Translations under genes and position numbers: made by a program
Notes under the pieces: model-generated
Database searches by the model: none
What the model saw: only the letters and a program-made list of their open reading frames with translations
What the model was told of the DNA's origin: nothing
Part shown: piece by piece, positions 15,627 through 24,008 of the stretch
Layout of the letters: each line of letters begins with the position of its first letter
Numbering within the stretch: the first letter of the stretch is position 1
From: a virus
Taxonomy: Duplodnaviria > Caudoviricetes
Virus record (IMG/VR): IMGVR_UViG_3300010362_000060
Coordinates: 1-34,733 of that record
Strand: one strand, 5' to 3'
DNA: 34,733 nucleotides

Positions 15627-15639
15627 GATGTTTCCTTTC

Positions 15640-16235
15640 GGGAAGGTGGGGCCGAAGCCCCTGCTCACGGACGGCGGGATTGCCATCCGCTAGTCCCCCT
15701 CCGGGAATTGCGCCCGGACCATTGGAATCAATGGGCCTCTAGGCGGGGGCCCGAAAGGAATGGACGGTCGTCAGGTAAAGCTCCGCACCGCCCGGATGGG
15801 CGAAACGGGTGGCGCTGACCGTTACCGGATGGGGCCTTTCAGCCCGCCCCGGATACCGTCCGCTACCGCCCGATCCCGCATCCGGGAGTGAACTAGCACC
15901 CGTTACGTCCCTTTCGGGATACCCCGTACCCTCGACCCCGTAGGGCCTCAATGCGTGATCGCACGTCATCCGCCAGGTAGCAGATGGGCTAGCCCTCCCG
16001 GACTGGCATCCCCCGGATGGGGGCCGTTAAGCGTTCGGGCTAGGGATTGGTCGATGTGTCGCCGTCCCCTCAGCGGGGGCGATAGCTGACCTAGCTAGTC
16101 GGTCGCCTTACGTGCCGCTAGCCGCGACGCCCGGGGCGGCTGGGGCTCCTGGACCCCTCACCCTTATGGACCCCCCGGGGCCGGTACCGCCCCTGTCGGG
16201 GTCCCGCCCTCAGGGGGGCGGGGGGGCCGGTACGG
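15640..16235 (-). ncRNA. ~600-nt structured non-coding leader or ncRNA
   Basis: No credible ORF; several GAAA/UUCG/UACG tetraloop hairpins on the minus strand; lies downstream of the predicted promoter. Confidence 0.45.
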
Positions 16236-16240
16236 CCCTC

Positions 16241-16269
16241 AGCCTACTGGTCGGTGGTCGGGCCGTCAA
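16241..16269 (-). promoter_or_regulatory. SigA/sigma70-type leftward (early) promoter
   Basis: TTGACG (16269-16264) - 17 nt - TAGGCT (16246-16241). Confidence 0.75.
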
Positions 16270-16431
16270 GCGTTGCGGGGGGGCGGTAGTCGGCGCATCA
16301 TGGCAGAGCGATCGTGGTCGGGCTTTGCCTACCAGCGGGTTTCCGGCGCGCCCGGGGTCAACCGGCGTCAGCTTGCCTCACGTTGCGTCAGGTTCAGGAG
16401 GGCTGCGACAATACCTCACGGTGTGCCAGGG

Positions 16432-16528
16432 CGTATACGGAACGCCATTTGGGGCTGAGGTATACGCATCAGGCCCGTTTTCGGCCCTCATCCGTATACG
16501 GCAGCCCTCTGGAGGCCCAACGTATACG
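16432..16528. promoter_or_regulatory. Four (C/G)GTATACG palindromic sites, candidate operators
   Basis: At 16432, 16459, 16493 and 16521; the last overlaps a TACGCT -10 lying 6 nt before the GTG at 16537. Confidence 0.55.
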
Positions 16529-16536
16529 CTTGGGCT

Positions 16537-16842
16537 GTGCCTACCCCGCTGCGTCATCCGGAGTCCGGCCCGTTGGTCGTGTTGTCCGTCAGGGTCTCCA
16601 CCACCGCCAAGGCAAGGGCTCAAGCAAGGGCCCAAGCTCGCGGCTGCGGCGTGGGCGAACTCATCGAACAGCTCATCGTCACCGGCACCGCTCAAGGCTC
16701 CTCACAAACCAGTGCACAACAGGCCGTCAGCGGGGTTACGAACGTCTGTTCGCACGAGCACACGGTGGTCAACCCGGCCACCAACATCCGCACGTGTCGC
16801 GACTGCGGCGCGCACCGGGGGGCGGGCGGCTGGGTCCAATGA
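16537..16842 (+). CDS. Ribbon-helix-helix-like protein with C-terminal Cys/His motif
   Basis: VVLSVRVSTTAKARAQARAQARGCGVGELIEQLI; CSH...CRDC. Confidence 0.65.
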   Translation: MPTPLRHPESGPLVVLSVRVSTTAKARAQARAQARGCGVGELIEQLIVTGTAQGSSQTSAQQAVSGVTNVCSHEHTVVNPATNIRTCRDCGAHRGAGGWVQ

Positions 16843-17111
16843 GCGACGACGAAGCCATGCCCGTCACGGTCGCGCTCACCCCCCGGCTGACCCGGGCCGT
16901 CGACGGCGTGGCCAAGCGCAAAGGCCAGAACCGCAGCGCCCTGGTGCGGAGCATCCTCGAGGCCGACCCCGACGTCCGCGACGAGCTGCTCGGCTACGAA
17001 TGCGTACACGCATCGTACGACATGATGTTGGGCGGGTTGTGGGTGTGTCGGCGGTGTCACGCGTCGTCCCGCGACGACGGCATGACCTGGCAGCCAACCG
17101 GCGGCAGCTAG
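16839..17111 (+). CDS. CopG/RHH-like protein with C-terminal Cys/His motif
   Basis: VTVALTPRLTRAVDGVAKRKGQNRSALVRSILE; CVH...CRRC; ATGA overlap. Confidence 0.75.
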   Translation: MSDDEAMPVTVALTPRLTRAVDGVAKRKGQNRSALVRSILEADPDVRDELLGYECVHASYDMMLGGLWVCRRCHASSRDDGMTWQPTGGS

Positions 17112-17123
17112 CGTCCGGTTCCT

Positions 17124-17369
17124 ATGCCGCAACCCCACAAGGGACGCCGGGTCAAGCTGACGGTGCGCCTGCCGTACGACCTGGCCGCCGAATGCGCCGT
17201 GCGGGCCAAGGCCCGGCGGTGGAACATGAGCGAGTACATCGGGTGGTGCGTGGAGAACACCCTCAACCCCATCGGTGTGCGGGCCGACGAGCGCCGCGAC
17301 CCCACCCAACAGCACTACGGCAACGCCTACCAGCACGAACGCCGGGTCCGGCAGGCCCAAAGTGGCTGA
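17124..17369 (+). CDS. RHH DNA-binding protein
   Basis: KLTVRLPYDLAAECAVRAKARRWNMSEYIGWCVE. Confidence 0.75.
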   Translation: MPQPHKGRRVKLTVRLPYDLAAECAVRAKARRWNMSEYIGWCVENTLNPIGVRADERRDPTQQHYGNAYQHERRVRQAQSG

Positions 17370-17832
17370 CCCCCGCCCCGGCAACCAGGGCACCGCCGCC
17401 GTCGCCCTGCGGCTGGCGGGGGCCTCCTACGCGGAGATCGCCGACGCCCTGCTGTACGCCAACGCCCGCGAAGCCCGCCACGCCGTCGAAACCACCCTGT
17501 CCCAGAACATCCCCGACGCCAAAGCCCGCGACGTGCTCCGGGCGGAGGAAGCCGGACGCCTGGAGCGGCTGCTGCGCTCCGTGTGGCCCAAAGCCACCGA
17601 CCCCAACCACCCCGAACACCTGCCCGCGGTCAAGACCGCCACCGGGATCATCGACCGGCACATCCGCCTGCACGGATTGGATGCCCCGGCCGAAATCGTC
17701 GTCCACACCCCCACCGCGGCCGAGATCGACCAGTGGGTGGCCAAGGTGACGGCCAGCACCGTGGGCGTCCTGGCCGAACTGGAGGACACCGTGATCGACG
17801 TCGAAGAAGTCACCGATGACCTGGCCGGTTGA
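17362..17832 (+). CDS. Probable terminase small subunit (HTH)
   Basis: AVALRLAGASYAEIADAL HTH and ...RIRLHGLDAP; lies upstream of TerL. Confidence 0.7.
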   Translation: MADPRPGNQGTAAVALRLAGASYAEIADALLYANAREARHAVETTLSQNIPDAKARDVLRAEEAGRLERLLRSVWPKATDPNHPEHLPAVKTATGIIDRHIRLHGLDAPAEIVVHTPTAAEIDQWVAKVTASTVGVLAELEDTVIDVEEVTDDLAG

Positions 17833-18139
17833 GCCCGACGTGGACAAGCTGATCGACGACGTGCTGGACCACCAGGACCAGACCCGCCACCGCATGTGGC
17901 GGTACCGGGCCGTGGGCACGGACATGGCCACCGCGCTGGCCGCGGTGGAACGCGAACCGCGCAAGGTCACCCTCAGCCCGCCCCGCGGCGAGCTGCGCCT
18001 GGTGGCCCGGTGCGCCCGGCTGCGCGGCCTGTCCCACACCGACCTGGCCCGCCAGGCGCTGGCGACGGTGCTGGTGCGGGAGCACGGCATCGGCCCCGAG
18101 GAGATCCCGTGGCTCAGCGCCAAGGGGCTGCTGCCGTGA
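17816..18139 (+). CDS. Hypothetical protein with RHH-like C-terminal half
   Basis: KVTLSPPRGELRLVARCARLRGLSHTDLARQAL; overlaps both neighbours. Confidence 0.65.
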   Translation: MTWPVEPDVDKLIDDVLDHQDQTRHRMWRYRAVGTDMATALAAVEREPRKVTLSPPRGELRLVARCARLRGLSHTDLARQALATVLVREHGIGPEEIPWLSAKGLLP

Positions 18140-19533
18140 GCGACGACCTGGAGTCCTACAAGAACTGGACCCCCGCCGCCCAACAGACCGCCCTGGATCG
18201 GTTGCGCCGGGCCACCAACGACAGCTGGCGCCCGTTCTACTGCAAGCGCGACGACTGCGACGGCAGCCCCCACGACGACTTCACGTGGCCGCACGCCCGG
18301 CGCGACCAGCGGCCCCCGCCGGACACGGAATGGCTCACCTGGCTGCTCAAGAGCGGCCGGGGCGCGGGCAAGACCCGCGCCGGGGCCGAATACACCTTGC
18401 GGATGACCGCCGTGACCAAACGGATCGCCATTGTCGCCGCCACCGGGGCCGACGTGCGCGACATCTGCCTGGAAGGCGAATCCGGCGTGCTGACCGTGGC
18501 CCGGCCCGGCCTGCGCCCCCACTACGAACCCTCCAAGCGGCGGTTGACCTTCCCCAATGGATGCATCGCCACGACGTTCAGCGCCGAAGAGCCCGACCGG
18601 CTGCGCGGCCCCGAGCACGGCTACGCCTGGATCGACGAACCGGCCCACTGGCCCCTGGTCCAGGAGACGTGGGACAACTTGATGTTCGGGTTGCGCATCG
18701 GCAAGCGGCCCCGCGTCGTCGCCACCACCACCCCCAAGCCCCGCCAGTGGGTCAAGGACCTGGTGGCCGACCCGCGCACCCGGGTCACCACCGCCAGCAC
18801 CTACGACAACCTGCAGAACCTGGCCCCCGTCTTCGCCGACCGGATCATCGCCCGCTACGAAGGCACCCGCCTGGGGCGGCAGGAGATCCTGGGCGAAGTG
18901 CTGGAGGACGTCGAAGGCGCGCTGTGGACGTGGGACATGATCGAACCGGACCGGCTGGCCAAGGCACCGTTGCATTTGCAACGAGTCGTCGTCGGGGTCG
19001 ACCCGGCGGGCGGGGCCAAGCCCCACAACGACGAGACCGGGATCGTGGTGTGCGGCCTGGCCGACGACCACCTGTACGTGCTGGCCGACCGCTCCGGGCG
19101 GATGAGCCCCCACGGGTGGGCCTCCGCGGTCGACGCCGCCTACGACGACTTCGCGGCGGACGCCGTCGTCGCCGAGAAGAACTACGGCGGCGACATGGTC
19201 ACCGCCACGTTGAAGGCCAGCGGCGTGCCCAAGCGGGTCATCACCGTCAGCTCGCGGCGCGGCAAGGCGATCCGCGCCGAACCCATCGTCGGGGTGTACG
19301 AGCAGCACCGCGCCCACCACTGCGGCGTCTTCGCCGAGCTCGAGGACCAGATGACCACGTGGCAGCCGTACGAGGACACCTTCAGCCCGGACCGGGTCGA
19401 CGCCCTCGTCCACGGGGCCACCAACCTGTTCGGTCGCACCACCATCACCAGCGTCGCCACGCCTGCCGCCTTGCGGCGGGAACCCGCCCAGGGGCGGCGA
19501 CACCTCGGCGCGCAGGTTCCGTCGCCGCGGTGA
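18136..19533 (+). CDS. terL: Terminase large subunit
   Basis: Walker A SGRGAGKT, Walker B YAWIDEP, VATTTPKP motif, nuclease GVDPA and SPDRVDALV. Confidence 0.93.
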   Translation: MSDDLESYKNWTPAAQQTALDRLRRATNDSWRPFYCKRDDCDGSPHDDFTWPHARRDQRPPPDTEWLTWLLKSGRGAGKTRAGAEYTLRMTAVTKRIAIVAATGADVRDICLEGESGVLTVARPGLRPHYEPSKRRLTFPNGCIATTFSAEEPDRLRGPEHGYAWIDEPAHWPLVQETWDNLMFGLRIGKRPRVVATTTPKPRQWVKDLVADPRTRVTTASTYDNLQNLAPVFADRIIARYEGTRLGRQEILGEVLEDVEGALWTWDMIEPDRLAKAPLHLQRVVVGVDPAGGAKPHNDETGIVVCGLADDHLYVLADRSGRMSPHGWASAVDAAYDDFAADAVVAEKNYGGDMVTATLKASGVPKRVITVSSRRGKAIRAEPIVGVYEQHRAHHCGVFAELEDQMTTWQPYEDTFSPDRVDALVHGATNLFGRTTITSVATPAALRREPAQGRRHLGAQVPSPR

Positions 19534-19565
19534 CTTCTCGGCAACAGTGAGAGGTTGCATCTGCA

Positions 19566-19913
19566 ATGACCCTCGACGAACCGTTCCCGCTGCTGCTCGC
19601 CGTCGTCGTCGGCACGCTGGCCGCGGCCCGGGTCGTGCGGCTGGTGGTGGACGACGACTGGCCCCCGGTGGCGAAGTTGCGCGAGTGGTACGTGACGAAA
19701 GCAACCGAACAATGGCAGCCTCTGATCGAGTGCCCGTGGTGCGTGGGCGTGTACGTTGCGGGCCCGGCGGTGGTGTGGTTCGCGTCGCTCGTCGCGTGGC
19801 CCGACGCCACCGCCAACCTGTACGCCTGGTGGATCGTCAACGGGTGGCTGGCGGTGGCCTGGGCGGCGGCGTACCTGTGCCTGCGCGACGTTCCGCCCGA
19901 CCAACGCCAATAG
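19566..19913 (+). CDS. DUF1360-like membrane protein
   Basis: RVVRLVVDD...LIECPWCVGVY with TM helices. Confidence 0.75.
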   Translation: MTLDEPFPLLLAVVVGTLAAARVVRLVVDDDWPPVAKLREWYVTKATEQWQPLIECPWCVGVYVAGPAVVWFASLVAWPDATANLYAWWIVNGWLAVAWAAAYLCLRDVPPDQRQ

Positions 19914-19932
19914 GACTAAGCTTCCCGCTCCG

Positions 19933-21714
19933 ATGGCGCGGACGAAGACCCCCGCCCCGGCACCCGTCGCCCCTCCGGGCTTCGTCGCCAGCGCCGTGCG
20001 CCTGCCCACCATCAGCCGCCGCAAGGCGGGACGGCTGGAAGGGTGGCAGGGCGAGGCGTGGAACTACTGGGACACCGTGGGCGAGTTGCGCTACGTGGCG
20101 ACGTGGATCGGCAACGTGCTCAGCCGGGCCCGCCTGACCGCCGCCGAACGCCAAGACCACAGCCTGGTCCCGCTGGACGACGGCCCCGCCGCCGAGGCGA
20201 TGGACGTGCTCTACGGCGGGCCCCAGGGCCAGGCCGAGATGCTCCAGCAGAACGGCGTCCACCTCACCGTGGGGGGGGAGTGCTACGTCGTCAACCGGGC
20301 CCGCGACGACAGCTGGTTCGTGCTCAGCTCGGGCAAGGTCACCGAGATGGGCCGGGGTCGGCTCCAGGCCGACTTCGGCACCGAGGGGGGTTCGCAGCCG
20401 CTCGCCGCCGACGACCTCGTGATCCGACTGTGGACCCCCCATCCCCGTGACCCCACCCGGGCCGACAGCCCCGTGCGCTCCAACCTGGGCACGCTGGCCC
20501 AGATCGCCGCCTACGACGCCCACATCTCCGCCCAGCTGCGCTCCCGGCTGGCCGGGGCCGGGATCCTGTTCATCTCCAACGAGATCAGCTTCCCCACCCC
20601 GCCCGACATGGACCCCAACGCCTCCCAGGCCGACATCTTCATGACCCTGCTGGGCGAGTCGATGCTGACCCCGATCGAAGACCCCACCAACCCGTCCGCG
20701 CTGGTCCCGATCGTGGCGATGGTGCCCACGGAGAGCCTGGGCAAGAACGAGCACGTCAAGTTCTGGACCGAGCTCGACGCCAACGCCGTGGCGATGCGCG
20801 ACGCCGCCATCAAACGTCTCGCCCTCGGCTTGGACGTCCCCCCGGAAGTGTTGTTGGGCGTGGCCGACGCCAACCACTGGAACGCCTGGCTCTCCGAGGA
20901 GTCGGCGGTCAAGGCCCACCTGGAGCCGCGGCTGGCCGTGATCGCCTACGCCCTCACCGAGACGTACCTGCGCCCGGCGATCAAAGGCCAGGTCGACGAC
21001 CCCGACGACTTCTTCGTCATCGCCGACACGTCTTCGATCCGCCTGCGCCCCAACCGCAGCTCCGAAGCGATCGAGCTGTACAACCTGGGCGAGCTCTCCG
21101 GCCCCGCCCTGCGGCGGGAGACCGGGTTCCAGCCCGAGGACGCCCCCGTCACCGCCGAGTTCCGCCAGTGGCTGCTGCGCCGGTTGAGCGTCGGCTCGAC
21201 CGACCCGTCCCAGACCCAGGCCGCGTTGAAGCTGCTCGGGATCGACCTCGGCACCGACACTGCCCCGGCCCGGGTCAACACCCCACCGCCGGACGACTTG
21301 CGCACCGACACCGCCCCGGCGCTCCCCCAGCGCAACCCGCCGGGCATCGACGCCGGACGTCAACGGGCCGACGAACAAGCCGCCCAAGGGCTGGCGGCGG
21401 CGTGCGACGTGCTGGTCTATCGGGCGCTGGAACGGGCGGGCAACCGGCTCAAGAACGCCCATCCCCGCACCGACTCCTCGCGGGTCGCGGCGGTGGCGAT
21501 GTACCAGAAGTTCTCCGCCGACCCGGACAAGCTGCTGGAGGGGGCGTGGGCCTGCGCGCCGGAGGTCCTCGCCCCCTACACCGACGACGTCGCCGGGGTG
21601 GTCGAGACGCTGGACTTCTACGTGCGCGGACTGCTGGCCTCGCACCGCCCCCATTCCGAAGTGGTGATGAAGGCGCTGCTGGCTTCCCGCCCCCAGGCGC
21701 TCGCGGCGGGGTGA
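19933..21714 (+). CDS. Portal protein
   Basis: Position after TerL; size 593 aa; motifs VGELRYVATW, SRLAGAGILF, RLALGLDVPPEVLLG..ANHWNAW. Confidence 0.85.
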   Translation: MARTKTPAPAPVAPPGFVASAVRLPTISRRKAGRLEGWQGEAWNYWDTVGELRYVATWIGNVLSRARLTAAERQDHSLVPLDDGPAAEAMDVLYGGPQGQAEMLQQNGVHLTVGGECYVVNRARDDSWFVLSSGKVTEMGRGRLQADFGTEGGSQPLAADDLVIRLWTPHPRDPTRADSPVRSNLGTLAQIAAYDAHISAQLRSRLAGAGILFISNEISFPTPPDMDPNASQADIFMTLLGESMLTPIEDPTNPSALVPIVAMVPTESLGKNEHVKFWTELDANAVAMRDAAIKRLALGLDVPPEVLLGVADANHWNAWLSEESAVKAHLEPRLAVIAYALTETYLRPAIKGQVDDPDDFFVIADTSSIRLRPNRSSEAIELYNLGELSGPALRRETGFQPEDAPVTAEFRQWLLRRLSVGSTDPSQTQAALKLLGIDLGTDTAPARVNTPPPDDLRTDTAPALPQRNPPGIDAGRQRADEQAAQGLAAACDVLVYRALERAGNRLKNAHPRTDSSRVAAVAMYQKFSADPDKLLEGAWACAPEVLAPYTDDVAGVVETLDFYVRGLLASHRPHSEVVMKALLASRPQALAAG

Positions 21715-21715
21715 C

Positions 21716-23668
21716 ATGGCGACCGTCGCCGAGCTGGTCCGTCTGATCCGGTCCGACGTCGTGCGGGCGCTGCGCGACGACGACGCCGTGGCCCGCACCC
21801 AGAAGCTGCGCGACATCGCCGAGGAGGCCTACGAGATCGCCTACGGCGACTACGGCAGCGACACCGCCTGGGTGCCCACGGGCCAGGTCAGCTTCGCCGG
21901 GAGCATGACCAACGCCTGGCTCCACACACAGCCCGACGGCACCCCCGAACAGGTTGAGCGGGTGGCGACGGTGATCGCCACCGCGGCCAACAACTCGGCG
22001 TTCCTCGACGCCCAACCCGACGGCGTCGACGTGGAGTGGCGGACCATGCGCGACGACCGTGTGCGCACGCTGCACCGCCCGCTGGACGGCCAGATCCAAC
22101 CGGCCGGGCAGCCGTTCATGGTCGGCGGGTTCCCGCTGTCGTACCCGGGCCAGCCGGTGGGCCCGCCGGAGGTCTGGATCAACTGTCGTTGCCGCCTGCT
22201 CACAGGAGGACTCATGAGCACCACCGCCACCGCCGAACCCGACAGCCTGGTCGCGGTCTCGGACACCCCGTGGAGCCAGTTCTCCGCCTCCGACTACTCG
22301 ATCGAGCAGTGGCGGCGGGCCTGCCTGCTGCGGATGCCGGGGGGCGACCCGGAGTCGAAGTCCACGTACAAGCTCCCGGTGCGCGAGCCGGGCGGCGCGT
22401 TGAACCGCAACGGCGTCCACGCCGCGGCCGCGGCCTTGGGTGGGGCACGCGGAGGTGTCGATGCCCCACCCGAGGCCAAGGACAAGGCCCGGCGTAAGCT
22501 GCGCGGGCTGTATCGCCAGATCGGTGACGAGATCCCCGAGAGCCTCGCCGCCGACGGCGAACCCGCCGACAACGAACCCGCCGCCGACGACGAGCTGGTC
22601 GCGGTCAACACCCACGACGCCCCCGGCTGGATCACCAACCCGCGTGACACCCAGCGTCTGCGCGACTACTGGGCCCACGGCGAAGGCGCGGCCAAGATCG
22701 GCTGGGGCACCCCCGGCGACTTCAACCGCTGCCGGGCCCAACTGGGCAAGTACGTCCACAACCCGGCCTGGCTGGCCGGGACGTGCGCCAACCTGCACTA
22801 CGTCGCCCTCGGCTTCTGGCCGGGGGGCGAGACCGGCTACCGCAACCGCCGCGGTTCCATCGAGGAGGAGAACCCCGTGCCCGACGACCCCACCACCCTG
22901 GCCGTCTACGACGCCTTCCAGACCGCGGTCACCGCCGCCATCGAGACCGACAACGGCCTGCCGCCGGTCGAGTGGTTCCAGAACCCGAACCTGACCGCGG
23001 CCACCCCGGCCACCGTCGACGGCGACCGCTACTTCTCCCACCTCGCCGCCTGGGGCACGTGCCACGTCGGCATCGAAGGCTCCTGCACCACCGCGCCCCG
23101 CAGCGCCGCCAACTACGCCTACTTCCGCACCGGGTCGGTCAACACCACCGGAGGCCCGGTGGCGGTCGGCCACATCACGCTCGACACCGGCCACGCCGAG
23201 AAGCACCTCGGCCCCAACGACACGATTCGCCACTACGACGACACCGGCACCGTCGTCGCCGACGTCGCCGCCGGGGAAGACGAGTTCGGCATCTGGGTCG
23301 CCGGGGCGCTGCGCCCCGGCGTCACCGACGAGCAACGGCGGGCGCTCCAGGCCGGTGCGCTCAGTGGCGACTGGCGGCGCATCGCCGGGAACCTCGAGCT
23401 CGTCGCCGCGCTGGTGGTCAACGTGCCCGGCTTCCCGATCCCCCGGCCCGAACTGGCCGCGTCGGGCGAGGTGGAGCTCTCGCTGGTCGCCGCGGCGATC
23501 GTCACCGTCGACCCCAACGTGGCCCAGGCCGACGCCATCGCCACGATCGTCGTGGACAAGATGACCGCGGCCGCCAAGCGTCGCCAGCGGGCCTACCGCC
23601 TCAACGAGGAGATCCGCCGCCGCCGCATCGCCGCCGTCCACCGGGCCACCGCGGTAGGTTCGGACTGA
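21716..23668 (+). CDS. MuF-like head morphogenesis / capsid maturation protease fusion
   Basis: MuF motif WRTMRDDRVRTLH...INCRCRL; C-terminal HLAAWGTCH..HYDDTG..LSGDWR..VNVPGFP; lies between portal and capsid. Confidence 0.75.
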   Translation: MATVAELVRLIRSDVVRALRDDDAVARTQKLRDIAEEAYEIAYGDYGSDTAWVPTGQVSFAGSMTNAWLHTQPDGTPEQVERVATVIATAANNSAFLDAQPDGVDVEWRTMRDDRVRTLHRPLDGQIQPAGQPFMVGGFPLSYPGQPVGPPEVWINCRCRLLTGGLMSTTATAEPDSLVAVSDTPWSQFSASDYSIEQWRRACLLRMPGGDPESKSTYKLPVREPGGALNRNGVHAAAAALGGARGGVDAPPEAKDKARRKLRGLYRQIGDEIPESLAADGEPADNEPAADDELVAVNTHDAPGWITNPRDTQRLRDYWAHGEGAAKIGWGTPGDFNRCRAQLGKYVHNPAWLAGTCANLHYVALGFWPGGETGYRNRRGSIEEENPVPDDPTTLAVYDAFQTAVTAAIETDNGLPPVEWFQNPNLTAATPATVDGDRYFSHLAAWGTCHVGIEGSCTTAPRSAANYAYFRTGSVNTTGGPVAVGHITLDTGHAEKHLGPNDTIRHYDDTGTVVADVAAGEDEFGIWVAGALRPGVTDEQRRALQAGALSGDWRRIAGNLELVAALVVNVPGFPIPRPELAASGEVELSLVAAAIVTVDPNVAQADAIATIVVDKMTAAAKRRQRAYRLNEEIRRRRIAAVHRATAVGSD

Positions 23669-23799
23669 TGCCCTGCGGCTGCGGAAAGAAGAAGGTCTAC
23701 GTCGTCACCCGCAAGGACGGCACCAAGATCACCGTCGACAGCCTGACCGCGGCGATGAACGAGGTGCGCCGCTACGGCGGCAGCTACGAACGCAAGTGA
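23668..23799 (+). CDS. Small basic protein (MPCGCGKKK..., 43 aa)
   Basis: TGATG coupling; CGC N-terminal motif. Confidence 0.75.
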   Translation: MPCGCGKKKVYVVTRKDGTKITVDSLTAAMNEVRRYGGSYERK

Positions 23800-24008
23800 C
23801 AGGGTGACACTCGGCTGAATACCCGGCGCTCCGCTAGGGCTGCCAGCGGCCGGGTGATCGGGGAGCGCAGCCACCTGTCACACCCATGGTGTAGAGTCCC
23901 CACCAACGACCCCCGGGTTCTGAGCGAAGCTCCCCGGGAGCGGGCGCATAGCGCCTCGTGTGGTCGGTGCCGTTCCCTGTCCACGTTCCACCGCGACGGA
24001 GGCCCCAC

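Noticed and set aside
15826-15850. tmRNA 5' end (GGGCTGAAAGG)
   Set aside because: It forms a local GAAA hairpin, and no matching tmRNA 3' end lies at the expected distance
16112-17749. 545-aa plus-strand ORF
   Set aside because: It is a low-complexity Pro/Arg frame that spans the control region and overlaps four better-supported genes
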